30,448 bases of DNA from Lachnospiraceae bacterium (GTDB lineage: Bacteria; Bacillota; Clostridia; Lachnospirales; Lachnospiraceae). Below are positions 1 to 9,326 of this stretch, one piece after another. The position numbers and the translations under genes are program-made. The notes under the pieces were generated by a model, which was not told the DNA's origin, ran no database searches, and was given only the letters and a program-made list of their open reading frames with translations. The DNA lies in NCBI GenBank assembly GCA_017613225.1, contig JAGAEH010000204.1:1-30448 (forward strand), written 5' to 3'. Each line of letters begins with the position of its first letter. Position 1 is the first letter of the stretch.

Positions 1-1
1 G

Positions 2-2290
2 GACCCCGAAAAGCTGTTCATCAGCGTCTATCAGGACGACGACGAGGCATATGATATCTGGACCAAGGAGATCGGAGTGGCCGAGAGCCACATGGTGCGT
101 CTGGGCAAGGAAGATAACTTCTGGGAGCACGGCGCCGGTCCCTGCGGCCCCTGTTCCGAGATCTACTACGACCGCGGCGAAAAGTACGGCTGCGGCAAGC
201 CCACCTGCACCGTAGGCTGCGACTGCGACCGCTACATGGAAGTGTGGAACAACGTGTTCACCCAGTTCGACGGCGACGGCAAGGGCAATTACGTGGAGCT
301 GGCCAATAAGAACATCGACACCGGCATGGGCCTGGAGCGCCTGGCCGTGGCGGTGCAGGACGTGGACTCCATCTTTGACATCGACACCATCAGCGCTCTT
401 CTGAACGCCGTGGCGGAAAAGGCCGGCGTGGCCTACCACACGGACGAGAAGAAGGACATCTCTCTGCGCCTGATCACGGACCATATCCGCAGCGTGACCT
501 TCATGGTCTCCGACGGCATCCAGTTCAACAACAACGGCCGGGGCTACGTGCTGCGCAGGCTGCTGCGCCGAGCCGCCCGCCACGGCAGGATGCTGGGGAT
601 CCAGGGGATCTTCCTGGCGGACCTGTCCCGCAAGGTGATCGAGACCTCCAGAGAGGGCTATCCCGAATTGGAGGAAAACGCGGACTTCATCTACAAGCAG
701 ATCGCCGAAGAGGAGATGCGTTTCAACAAGACCATCGACCAGGGCCTGGGGATCCTGGGAGAGATGATGGACGAAATGAAGGCGGCCGGCAGCAGCGTGC
801 TCTCCGGCGAAAATGCCTTTAAACTGTATGATACCTACGGTTTCCCGCTGGATCTGACAAGGGAGATCCTGGAGGAGAAGGGTGACACCGTGGACGAGGC
901 CGGTTTCGCGGCCTGCATGGAAGAGCAGCGCAAGCGCGCCCGTGATGCCCGCAAGGGCACCAACTACATGGGCGCGGACGAGACGGTCCTCCAGTCCATC
1001 GATACCTCCATCCATTCCGCCTTTGTGGGCTATGACAGGACGGAGGCCGAATCCCGGATCCTGGTTCTGGCCACGGAAGACGAGCTGGTGCAGGCCCTGA
1101 CCGACGGCGAGGAAGGGACCATCATCACTGCCGAGACTCCTTTTTATGCCACCAGCGGCGGCCAGCACGCCGACACCGGCTTCATCACCCTGGGAGAGGG
1201 CAACGTGTTCGAGGTGAAGGACACCGTCAAGATCCCCGGCGACAAGATCGGCCACATCGGCGTGGTAAAAGAGGGCCTGTTCAAAGTTGGCGACGTGGTG
1301 AAGCTTTCCATCGACACCGAAAAACGCGCCGCGGCGGCTAAGAACCACTCCGCCACCCATCTGCTGCAGAAGGCTCTGCGGGAAGTGCTGGGCAGCCATG
1401 TGGAGCAGGCCGGTTCCGAAGTGGACCAGGGCAGGCTGCGCTTTGACTTCACCCATTTCTCCGCCATGACGCCCGAGGAGCTGAAGAAGGTGGAGGATCT
1501 GGTGAACGAGAAGATCCGGGAAGGACTGGCGGTCAGCACGGCCGTGATGAGCCTGGAAGATGCCAAGAAGACCGGCGCCATGGCCCTGTTCGGCGAAAAG
1601 TACGGCGACGAGGTCCGGGTGGTGAAGATGGGCGATTTCTCCACCGAGCTCTGCGGCGGCACCCACGTGGGCAACACGGAGCAGATCCAGTGCTTCAAGA
1701 TCCTGTCCGAGGCCAGCGTATCCGCCGGTGTGCGCCGCATTGAGGCCCTGACGGCCGGCGGCCTGATGGACTACTACGCCGGCGTGGAGACGGAATTAAA
1801 GAGTGCCGCGGCGGCTGCCAAAACCACCCCCGACGCCCTGGAGAACCGCATCCTGCAGATGCAGGCGGAGATCAAGGCCCTGTCCCAGGAGAACGAGAAG
1901 CTTAAAAGCGAGGCGGCCCGCTCCAAGATGGGCGACGCCGGCAGCGAAGCCGTGGAAGTGGCGGGCATCAAGGTCCTGACCAAGGCCGTGCCCGGCGTGG
2001 ACATGAATGAGCTACGCGGTCTGGGGGACCAGCTGAAGGACAAGCTGGGCGACTGTGTGGTAGTGCTGGCCTCCGACAAAGACGGCCGCGTGAACCTGAT
2101 CGCCATGGCCACCGACGCTGCCCAGAAGGCCGGCGCCCACTCCGGAAACATCATCAAGGGCATCGCCGGCCTGGTAGGCGGCGGCGGGGGCGGAAAGCCC
2201 GGCATGGCTCAGGCCGGCGGCAAGAACCCGGCGGGCATTCAGGACGCCCTGAACAAGGCCCTGGAGCTGATCAAAGCGCAGCTGCAGTAA
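2..2290 (+). CDS. alaS: Alanine--tRNA ligase, 5'-truncated by the window edge
   Basis: Frame is open from base 2 (DPEKLFISVYQDDDEAYDIW...). Motifs DNFWEHGAGPCGPCSEI, IDTGMGLERL, GRGYVLRRLLRRA, editing-domain HSATHLL and ELCGGTH, C-terminal GGGGGKP..AQAGG. Confidence 0.99.
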   Translation, partial: DPEKLFISVYQDDDEAYDIWTKEIGVAESHMVRLGKEDNFWEHGAGPCGPCSEIYYDRGEKYGCGKPTCTVGCDCDRYMEVWNNVFTQFDGDGKGNYVELANKNIDTGMGLERLAVAVQDVDSIFDIDTISALLNAVAEKAGVAYHTDEKKDISLRLITDHIRSVTFMVSDGIQFNNNGRGYVLRRLLRRAARHGRMLGIQGIFLADLSRKVIETSREGYPELEENADFIYKQIAEEEMRFNKTIDQGLGILGEMMDEMKAAGSSVLSGENAFKLYDTYGFPLDLTREILEEKGDTVDEAGFAACMEEQRKRARDARKGTNYMGADETVLQSIDTSIHSAFVGYDRTEAESRILVLATEDELVQALTDGEEGTIITAETPFYATSGGQHADTGFITLGEGNVFEVKDTVKIPGDKIGHIGVVKEGLFKVGDVVKLSIDTEKRAAAAKNHSATHLLQKALREVLGSHVEQAGSEVDQGRLRFDFTHFSAMTPEELKKVEDLVNEKIREGLAVSTAVMSLEDAKKTGAMALFGEKYGDEVRVVKMGDFSTELCGGTHVGNTEQIQCFKILSEASVSAGVRRIEALTAGGLMDYYAGVETELKSAAAAAKTTPDALENRILQMQAEIKALSQENEKLKSEAARSKMGDAGSEAVEVAGIKVLTKAVPGVDMNELRGLGDQLKDKLGDCVVVLASDKDGRVNLIAMATDAAQKAGAHSGNIIKGIAGLVGGGGGGKPGMAQAGGKNPAGIQDALNKALELIKAQLQ

Positions 2291-2306
2291 AAAGTGAAAA
2301 AAGCGG

Positions 2307-2335
2307 TTGACAAGGCCCTCGCGCGGTGCTAATAT
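2307..2335 (+). promoter_or_regulatory. sigma-A promoter of infC-rpmI-rplT
   Basis: TTGACA (2307-2312), 17 nt spacer, TAATAT (2330-2335) with extended TGn. Confidence 0.8.
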
Positions 2336-2341
2336 CATTCC

Positions 2342-2445
2342 GCTAACAATTGACCAAAAGCAGAGTATCCTCTCACCTCAGCGCAATCGGGCGACTCGGG
2401 TTATCGAAGAATGTTTCGGGTGGATGCTGTGCGTCCACCCTTTTT
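2342..2445 (+). ncRNA. Ribosomal protein L20 leader (attenuator) of the infC operon
   Basis: Lies upstream of infC-rpmI-rplT. Contains AAAAGCAGAG...TCTCACCT and a terminator GGGTGGATGC-TGT-GCGTCCACCC-TTTTT (2418-2445). AGTATCC (2364-2370) can pair with GGATGCT (2422-2428) as an antiterminator. Matches the known Firmicutes L20 autoregulatory leader layout. Confidence 0.7.
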
Positions 2446-2468
2446 AAGTACTACAGGAGGATAAAGCC

Positions 2469-2975
2469 ATTAGCGAAGTATTGATCAACGAAGAAATCGA
2501 CGAGATGGAGATCCGTCTGATCGGCAGCCACGGGGAGCAGGTAGGCATCATGAAGACCTCCGCCGCGCTGCAGATCGCCGAGAAGGAAGAGATGGATCTG
2601 GTGCTCATCGCGCCTCAGGCCAGGCCGCCCGTCTGCAAGATCATCGACTATAACAAGTACCGTTATGAGATGGCGCGCAAGGCGAAGGAGGCTAAAAAGA
2701 AGCAGAAGGTGATCGAGACCAAGGAGATCCGCTTCTCCCCGAACATCGACGTGAACGACATGAACACCAAGGCGACTGCCGCCAGAAAGTTCATCGAGCA
2801 CGGCGATAAGGTCAAGGTCTCCATGCGTTTCCGCGGCCGTGAGATCAGCCACATGAACGAGCGCCGCCACGTGCTGGACGAGTTCGCCGAAAAGCTGGCA
2901 GACATCGCTGTTATGGACAAGCCTCCCAAGGTAGAGGGCAGGAGTCTGGTAATGTTCCTTAGTCAGAAGAGATAG
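2469..2975 (+). CDS. infC: Translation initiation factor IF-3 (ATT start codon)
   Basis: [47 protein letters not shown]. In-frame ATT at 2469 is 8 nt after GGAGG; an AUU start is the established infC autoregulatory feature. Confidence 0.97.
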   Translation: MSEVLINEEIDEMEIRLIGSHGEQVGIMKTSAALQIAEKEEMDLVLIAPQARPPVCKIIDYNKYRYEMARKAKEAKKKQKVIETKEIRFSPNIDVNDMNTKATAARKFIEHGDKVKVSMRFRGREISHMNERRHVLDEFAEKLADIAVMDKPPKVEGRSLVMFLSQKR

Positions 2976-2994
2976 AAACAAAGGAGGGAATACA

Positions 2995-3189
2995 ATGGTA
3001 AAGTATAAGACCAAGAGAGCCGCTGCGAAGCGCTTTCACAAGACAGGAACCGGACAGTTAAAGAGGATGAAAGCTTACAAGAGCCATATCCTGACCAAGA
3101 AATCCCAGAAGAGAAAGAGAAATCTTCGTAAGGCAACCATTACGGATCCGACCAACGCAAAGGTCATGAAGAAACTCATGCCTTATTAA
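2995..3189 (+). CDS. rpmI: 50S ribosomal protein L35
   Basis: [38 protein letters not shown], between infC and rplT. Confidence 0.98.
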   Translation: MVKYKTKRAAAKRFHKTGTGQLKRMKAYKSHILTKKSQKRKRNLRKATITDPTNAKVMKKLMPY

Positions 3190-3210
3190 TCAGTAGAGGA
3201 GGATGAAAAG

Positions 3211-3567
3211 ATGGCAAGGATCAAAGGCGGCGTAGGCGCCAGAAAAAGACATAACAGAGTATTGAAGCTGGCCAAGGGCTATCGCGGAGCTCGTTCCAAA
3301 CAGTACCGCACCGCGAAGCAGACCGTAATGAAGGCCCTCACCAATTCCTATGCGGGCCGCAAGCAGAAGAAGCGCCAGTTCCGCGCGCTGTGGATCGCCC
3401 GTATCAACGCGGCGGCCAGGATGAACGGCCTTTCCTACAGCCGTTTCATGTTCGGCTTGAAGCAGGCCGGCGTCGAGATGAACAGAAAGGTCCTGGCGGA
3501 TCTGGCTGTCAACGACGCAGCAGGTTTTGCGAAACTTGCCGAAGTTGCGAAGGCAAAACTCGCATAA
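3211..3567 (+). CDS. rplT: 50S ribosomal protein L20
   Basis: [51 protein letters not shown]. Confidence 0.99.
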   Translation: MARIKGGVGARKRHNRVLKLAKGYRGARSKQYRTAKQTVMKALTNSYAGRKQKKRQFRALWIARINAAARMNGLSYSRFMFGLKQAGVEMNRKVLADLAVNDAAGFAKLAEVAKAKLA

Positions 3568-3579
3568 TATACTTTTACC

Positions 3580-3608
3580 TTGACAAAGATATAATCATTT
3601 GTTAAAGT
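3580..3608 (+). promoter_or_regulatory. sigma-A promoter for the tRNA-Pro/tRNA-Arg pair
   Basis: TTGACA (3580-3585), 17 nt, TAAAGT (3603-3608) with TGn. Confidence 0.7.
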
Positions 3609-3633
3609 GTATGAGGGCGTGATGCCCTCACTT

Positions 3634-3707
3634 CGGAGCGTGGCTCAGTTTGGTAGAGCGTCCGGTTAGGGACCGGGAGGTCGCAGGTTCGAATCCTGTC
3701 GCCCCGA
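3634..3707 (+). tRNA. tRNA-Pro (anticodon AGG)
   Basis: Cloverleaf CGGAGCG/CGCCCCG (A4-C69 mismatch), D arm GCTC/GAGC, anticodon arm TCCGG-TT-AGG-GA-CCGGG, T arm GCAGG-TTCGAAT-CCTGT, discriminator A, C1-G72 as in tRNA-Pro. CCA not encoded. Confidence 0.93.
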
Positions 3708-3757
3708 TTTTTTTATTCGTATCAGCAGGAAGCACTATCTTCGATGCTACGAGTTTT

Positions 3758-3831
<74 letters not shown>

Positions 3832-3841
3832 CTGTAACGGG

Positions 3842-3872
3842 GCTGTGATCATGGGGAATCACAGCTTATTTT
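3842..3872 (+). terminator. Intrinsic terminator after tRNA-Arg
   Basis: GCTGTGAT/ATCACAGC 8 bp stem followed by TTATTTT. Confidence 0.6.
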
Positions 3873-3929
3873 ATAGAGTGATCTTTCTACTGTCTAAAGG
3901 GTCTGACCTAAAAAAACAAGGAGGAAAAC

Positions 3930-5099
3930 ATGCCGTCGTACATTGGTGCCAGTGGGACCTTTTCACTGATGAAGAATCTCAACCTCGAGAAAGTATTCCG
4001 CACGATCGTTCTGGAAGCGCCGGTCTCCAGAGCGGAGATCTCCAGACTGACCGGTTTAAACAAAGTTACCGTTTCCAACTGCGTCAAAGATCTTTTGGCT
4101 ACCGGCCTGGTGGACGAAGAGGGCGTGGTCTCCGCCGACAACGGCAGGCCTCCGACGATGCTGATGCTCTCCAAGAGCTTCGGCGTGATCATCGGCATGG
4201 AGATCTCCGCCATGGCCACCATGGTGGTCATCACCGACCTGCGGGGGCAGATCGTTGAAAAGCCGGTGACGGATCCCCGGGTATACAGTCCCAAGGAATG
4301 CCTGGACTATCTGGACGAGATGGTCCGCTACTGCAGGGAGAAATACGCCGACACCACCGCGGGCGTGGTGGGCATCGGCCTGGCAATGCCCATGAACTAC
4401 AACCAGCTGCAGATGCCGGACGACCGTCCCGCCCTGCCTGACTGGAAGAACGTGGACGCCTACGAGATGCTGAACGAACATTTCGAGGACATTCCGGTGG
4501 AAGTGCTGTCCACCTGCGCTGCCGGCGCCATCGGCGAGGTCCATTTCGGCGACGCGGACATCAACGCCTCCCTGGCCTATCTGCACAGTTCCATGAAGCT
4601 GAAGATGGACATTTACCAGGGCGAGGAGACTTTCTCCAGCTACGGCAGCTTCATGGGCCGGCTCGGTCATGTGATGATGAATACCGGAGACGGCAAATAC
4701 GAACAGCTGGACAACTTCGCTTCCATGAAGTATATCGTGGATTCCCTGTACGACGATAAGACCTCCCCTTACGACGCGGCCCTGGACATCATCCGCCGCG
4801 CCAAGTACAACGACCCGGAGGTGGAAGCCGCGGTGGACCGCATGCTGGAGTATCTGGCTGTGGCCATCTACAACGTGGTGGAACTGTTCAATCCCGCCAC
4901 CATCTGCCTGGCAGGCTTTTTGGGCCAGATCATCGACCGGGGCTTTCTGGATAAGCTCTGCAGCAAGGTGGAGAAGCTGGCTGCGCCCGGGTATCCGGTG
5001 AGAGAACGGCTGATCTGCTCTAAACTGGGGCTCTTCGGCGTGGCCTTCGGCTGCATCTCCTGGATCCGGGACAACATGATCTCGTACCAGTTCGAGTAA
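3930..5099 (+). CDS. ROK family (XylR/NagC-like) transcriptional regulator, divergent
   Basis: N-terminal wHTH (PVSRAEISRLTGLNKVTVSNCVKDL..TGLV), GRPPTML linker, GVIIGMEI, GIGLAMP, terminal SKLG..GVAFG. Confidence 0.88.
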   Translation: MPSYIGASGTFSLMKNLNLEKVFRTIVLEAPVSRAEISRLTGLNKVTVSNCVKDLLATGLVDEEGVVSADNGRPPTMLMLSKSFGVIIGMEISAMATMVVITDLRGQIVEKPVTDPRVYSPKECLDYLDEMVRYCREKYADTTAGVVGIGLAMPMNYNQLQMPDDRPALPDWKNVDAYEMLNEHFEDIPVEVLSTCAAGAIGEVHFGDADINASLAYLHSSMKLKMDIYQGEETFSSYGSFMGRLGHVMMNTGDGKYEQLDNFASMKYIVDSLYDDKTSPYDAALDIIRRAKYNDPEVEAAVDRMLEYLAVAIYNVVELFNPATICLAGFLGQIIDRGFLDKLCSKVEKLAAPGYPVRERLICSKLGLFGVAFGCISWIRDNMISYQFE

Positions 5100-5131
5100 G
5101 GAGAGTTATTCTAAAGCACGCAAAAGAATCG

Positions 5132-5168
5132 AGGGGGCTGCAGACTTCAGATAGTCTGGCAGTCCCCT
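5132..5168. terminator. Intergenic stem-loop (terminator or REP-like) after the ROK gene
   Basis: AGGGGGCTGCAGACT-TCAGAT-AGTCTGGCAGTCCCCT, an imperfect inverted repeat without a clean U tract. Confidence 0.45.
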
Positions 5169-5198
5169 GTGTTTTGAAACAGGACTTGGAGGGGTACT

Positions 5199-8100
5199 GT
5201 GTTTCCAAAGTTCAGTGTTAAAAGACCCTATACCGTGATCGTCGGCGTGATCATGGTGCTGATCCTGGGGTACGTGTCGGTGACCGACATGACCGCGGAC
5301 CTGCTGCCCAGCATCGAATTGCCGTATTCCATCGTCACGACCGTATTCGCAGGCGCCAGCCCGGAGGAGGTGGAGACCTCCGTCACCAGGCCGGTGGAGA
5401 GCGCCATGGCAACGGTCAGCAACATCAAGAGCATCAATTCTGTTTCTTCCGAGAATCTTTCCATGGTCATCCTGGAGTTTGAGGAGTCCGCCAACATGGA
5501 CTCCGTCAACCTGGAGATGCGCGTAAAACTGGATCAGACCGCAGCCGGCTGGGAGGATAAGATCGGCAGCCCCATGATCATCAACATCAATCCCGACATG
5601 CTTCCGGTGATGGTGGCCGCCGTCAGCCGGGAGGGCTATTCCGGCGCGCGGCTGAACGACTACGTGAAGGACAACATCCTGGCGGAGCTGGAGAGCGTGG
5701 AGGGCGTGGCCAGCGTCTCCGCCTCCGGCGGCGTCACAGAGACCATCCAGGTGACCATCTCCAAGGAGAAACTGTCGGAGGTCAACGGCAATGTCCGGAA
5801 GGTGGTCAGCGACAAGTTCGCGGACGCCAGAAAAGAGCTGGAGGATGGCCGCAGGGAGATCGAAGACGGCCTGAAAAAGGTGGACGACGGCGAAAAGGAA
5901 GTGGACGAGGCCCTGACGAAGCTTTCGGAGGGAAATGAAGAGCTGGCAAAGCAGATGGCCAAGGCCCGCACCGAGGTGGATTCCAAAAAGTCGGAGCTGG
6001 AAGGCGCCAAACTCCAGCTGACGGTGAAGCTTTCGGAACTGCAGGCTAAAAAGGCGGAACTACAGCAGACCAGGACCATGCTGGTACAGCTGAGATCCGC
6101 CAGGGACACGCTGACGAAGCAGATCAAGGACACCAAAAAGGCTCTGAAGGACCTGGAGGAGATGATCAAGGCCTACAACAAGGCCAAAAAGAAGATGGAG
6201 GGCTTTGAAAAGTCCATCGCCGAGATCGAGGCCAGCACGAAGCTGACGGATAAGGAAAAAGAGAAGGCCATCAAGGCCATTAAGAAAGATAAGGACTACG
6301 TCAAAACGGAGCAGAGCCTGAAGACCCTGGAAAAAGCCTTCAAGGCACAGGGGCTGACGCCGGAACTGCTGGAGACCCAGCACGCGCAGCTGGAGACCGC
6401 CCTGGAGACGCTGAACGGGGCGCTGAAGGAACTGGACAAGACCCTGAAGCCCTATGTGAAGGACGCGGGGAATCTGAACAAGACGCTGAAACAGCTGGAT
6501 GACGGCTTAAAACAGATCGAAAAGGGCGAAAAGACCATCAACAAGACCCTGAAGCAGCTGGAGGAAGGCAGCGCGGGGATCCGGGAGGCGGAGGCGGCCA
6601 TAGGCGAGAACGAGTCCTCGGCCTATTACGAGATCTACTCGGCCATGACCCAGGCCATGGTGGGCAGGCAGACGCTGGAGGCCACCAAAGCCCAGCTGGA
6701 GGCCGCGCTGGAACAGCTGGACGCCGCAGCGGAGCAGATCGACACCCAGGAAGAGGACGCCATGGACAAGGCCGACCTGCTGGGCGTGATCACCCGGGAC
6801 ATGGTGGGCAAGATCCTTACGGCCCAGAATTTTGCCATGCCCGCGGGCTACATCGGGGAGGAAGACAACCAGATCCTGGTGCGCGTGGGGGACAAGTTCA
6901 TTACGAAAGAGGACCTGGCCGATCTGGTGATCGTGGATCTGGACATGGAAGGCCTGGAGCCGGTCAAGCTGTCCGACGTGGCGGACGTGGTCCTGGTCAA
7001 CGACGCGGATTCCGTCTACGCGGCCATCGACGGGGAACCGGGCATCCTTCTGACCATGCAGAAGCAGACCGGCTATTCCACCGGCGACGTGGCGGACAGC
7101 ATCAAGGCGCGCTTCGAGGCCCTGGAGGGCGAGGTGGACGGCCTTTCCTTCAGCGTGCTGATGGACCAGGGCATCTACATCGACTTTGTGGTGAGTTCCG
7201 TCTTTAAGAACCTGCTGATAGGCGCGCTGCTGGCCATTCTGATCCTGATCCTGTTCTTGCGGGACATCCGTCCCACTTTCGTCATCGCCCTGGCCATCCC
7301 CATCAGCCTGACGGCGGCGGTGGCGCTGATGTACTTCAGCCATATCAGCCTGAACGTGATCTCCCTGTCCGGACTGGCCCTGGGGGTGGGCATGCTGGTG
7401 GACAACTCCATCGTGGTGACGGAGAACATCTACCGCATGCGCAGCGAAGGCGTTCCGCCGGCCAGAGCGGCGGTGGAAGGCGCCAGGGAAGTGTCCGGCG
7501 CCATTCTGGCCTCTACCCTGACCACCTGCTGCGTGTTCCTGCCCATCGTCTTTACCGAGGGCCTGACCAAGCAGCTGTTCACCGACCTGGGCCTGACCAT
7601 CACCTATTCGCTGATGGCCAGCCTGCTGGTGGCCCTGACACTGGTGCCCGTCATGGGCAAGGGCTTCCTGACCAGGATCAGCGAAAAGAAAAACAGAAGC
7701 TACAGTCTCGCGGCCAAAGGCTATTCCGCCGCGGTGAAGTGGGCTCTGGGCCACCGGGCCATCGTGCTGGTGCTGGCCCTGGCCATGCTGGCAGGCTCCG
7801 GATGGCTGGCTTACAGAAACGGCACCTCCCTGTTCCCCGACATGGAGACCACCCAGGTGACCGTCACCCTGACGCCGCCGGAGGGCAGCACCATTCCCGA
7901 GGCGGCAGCCCTTTCGGACCAGGTGATCGAGCGCATCATGACCATCGACGACGTGGAGACCGTGGGCGGCATGATCGGAAACGGCAGCGCCCTGATGGGG
8001 CTGAATCTGGGCGGGGGCGGCAGTTCCCGTTCCGTGACCATCTACATCATCCTGAAAGAGGATCAGAAACTGAGCAATAAAGAGGTGAAGGAGGAGATCC

Positions 8101-9326
8101 TCCGCCTAACTGAAGACATCGACTGCACCCTTTCCGTCAATACCAGCACCTTTGACATGTCCATGCTGGGCGCTTCCGGCGTCTCCGTGCTGGTCTCCGG
8201 CAGGGACATGGACAGACTGCAGGAACTGGCGGGTGATTTCGCGCAAAAACTGGGGCAGATCGAGGGGATCACCGACGTATCGGACGGCATGGCCCGCACC
8301 ACGCCGGAACTGCGCATCATAGTGGACAAAGCGGCGGCCATTAAGTACAATCTGACTGTGGCCCAGGTGTTCGCGGCGATCTACGCCAAGCTGTCCACCT
8401 CCACCACTTCCACCACCCTGGCGGGGGAGAGCAAGGACTTCCCCGTGCTGGTGCTGGACGGCGAAGCGGATACCTTCGACACCATTGACGTCTACTCCAT
8501 GACCATCACCGCCACAAATCAGGACGGCACGAGGTCGGAGATCAAACTTTCGGACGTGGCGAGATTTGAGCGGGCCCAGGGGCTGTCCTCCATCCGGCGG
8601 GTGGACCAGCGCAGGACCATCACCGTCTCCGCGAAGGTGGACGAGAACCACAACATCGGCCTGGTCGGAGGCGACATCCAGAAGCTGGTGGACAGCTACG
8701 ACCTGCCGGACGGCTACGAGATCACCATCTCCGGCGAGAATAAACAGATCAGCGATACCATGGGACAGCTGGTGAAGATGATGATCCTGGCGGTCATTTT
8801 CGTCTACCTGGTGATGGTGGCCCAGTTCCAGTCCCTGCTGATGCCTTTCATCATTATGTTCACGCTGCCGCTGGCCTTTACCGGAGGCTTCCTGGCCCTG
8901 GTCATCACGGGCTTCGACCTGAGTGTGGTGGCCATGATCGGCCTGATCATGCTGACCGGCATCATCGTCAACAACGGCATCGTGCTGGTGGACTATATCA
9001 ACATCCTGCGCAGGCAGGGCATGGAAAAGCGGGAGGCCATCGTCAAGGCGGCCGGGCTGCGGCTGCGGCCCATTCTGATGACGTCCCTGACCACGATCCT
9101 GGGCCTGACCGCCATGGCCTTCGGCATGGGCATGGGCGCCGACCTGGTGCAGCCCATGGCGGTGGTGACCATCGGCGGCCTTACCTACGGCACACTGACC
9201 ACCCTGGTGGTGATGCCCTGCATGTATGACCTTTTGAGCAGAAGAAAAGACATGACCGAAGAAGAACCGGAGGCGCCGGCAAAGAGCGGCGATCCGCAGA
9301 TCAAGGTCATCACAGTGGAGGAATAA
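5199..9326 (+). CDS. RND (AcrB/SwrC-like) efflux transporter permease with long coiled-coil insertion
   Basis: GTG start after GGAGG. FSVKRP.TV, LLPSIELP, GASPEEVE..VTRPVE, GMLVDNSIVV.ENI, GIIVNNGIVLVDY, RLRPILMT..TTILG, two TM bundles, and ~330 aa of Lys/Glu/Leu heptad sequence in the first extracellular loop. Confidence 0.95.
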   Translation: MFPKFSVKRPYTVIVGVIMVLILGYVSVTDMTADLLPSIELPYSIVTTVFAGASPEEVETSVTRPVESAMATVSNIKSINSVSSENLSMVILEFEESANMDSVNLEMRVKLDQTAAGWEDKIGSPMIININPDMLPVMVAAVSREGYSGARLNDYVKDNILAELESVEGVASVSASGGVTETIQVTISKEKLSEVNGNVRKVVSDKFADARKELEDGRREIEDGLKKVDDGEKEVDEALTKLSEGNEELAKQMAKARTEVDSKKSELEGAKLQLTVKLSELQAKKAELQQTRTMLVQLRSARDTLTKQIKDTKKALKDLEEMIKAYNKAKKKMEGFEKSIAEIEASTKLTDKEKEKAIKAIKKDKDYVKTEQSLKTLEKAFKAQGLTPELLETQHAQLETALETLNGALKELDKTLKPYVKDAGNLNKTLKQLDDGLKQIEKGEKTINKTLKQLEEGSAGIREAEAAIGENESSAYYEIYSAMTQAMVGRQTLEATKAQLEAALEQLDAAAEQIDTQEEDAMDKADLLGVITRDMVGKILTAQNFAMPAGYIGEEDNQILVRVGDKFITKEDLADLVIVDLDMEGLEPVKLSDVADVVLVNDADSVYAAIDGEPGILLTMQKQTGYSTGDVADSIKARFEALEGEVDGLSFSVLMDQGIYIDFVVSSVFKNLLIGALLAILILILFLRDIRPTFVIALAIPISLTAAVALMYFSHISLNVISLSGLALGVGMLVDNSIVVTENIYRMRSEGVPPARAAVEGAREVSGAILASTLTTCCVFLPIVFTEGLTKQLFTDLGLTITYSLMASLLVALTLVPVMGKGFLTRISEKKNRSYSLAAKGYSAAVKWALGHRAIVLVLALAMLAGSGWLAYRNGTSLFPDMETTQVTVTLTPPEGSTIPEAAALSDQVIERIMTIDDVETVGGMIGNGSALMGLNLGGGGSSRSVTIYIILKEDQKLSNKEVKEEILRLTEDIDCTLSVNTSTFDMSMLGASGVSVLVSGRDMDRLQELAGDFAQKLGQIEGITDVSDGMARTTPELRIIVDKAAAIKYNLTVAQVFAAIYAKLSTSTTSTTLAGESKDFPVLVLDGEADTFDTIDVYSMTITATNQDGTRSEIKLSDVARFERAQGLSSIRRVDQRRTITVSAKVDENHNIGLVGGDIQKLVDSYDLPDGYEITISGENKQISDTMGQLVKMMILAVIFVYLVMVAQFQSLLMPFIIMFTLPLAFTGGFLALVITGFDLSVVAMIGLIMLTGIIVNNGIVLVDYINILRRQGMEKREAIVKAAGLRLRPILMTSLTTILGLTAMAFGMGMGADLVQPMAVVTIGGLTYGTLTTLVVMPCMYDLLSRRKDMTEEEPEAPAKSGDPQIKVITVEE

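Noticed and set aside
2469-2471. Non-canonical ATT start of infC, and the L20 leader
   Set aside because: Real but well-established features, so listed as features and not as novel findings.
3612-3630. Hairpin TGAGGGC-GTGAT-GCCCTCA before tRNA-Pro(AGG)
   Set aside because: Short, straddles the predicted transcription start, and no function can be supported.
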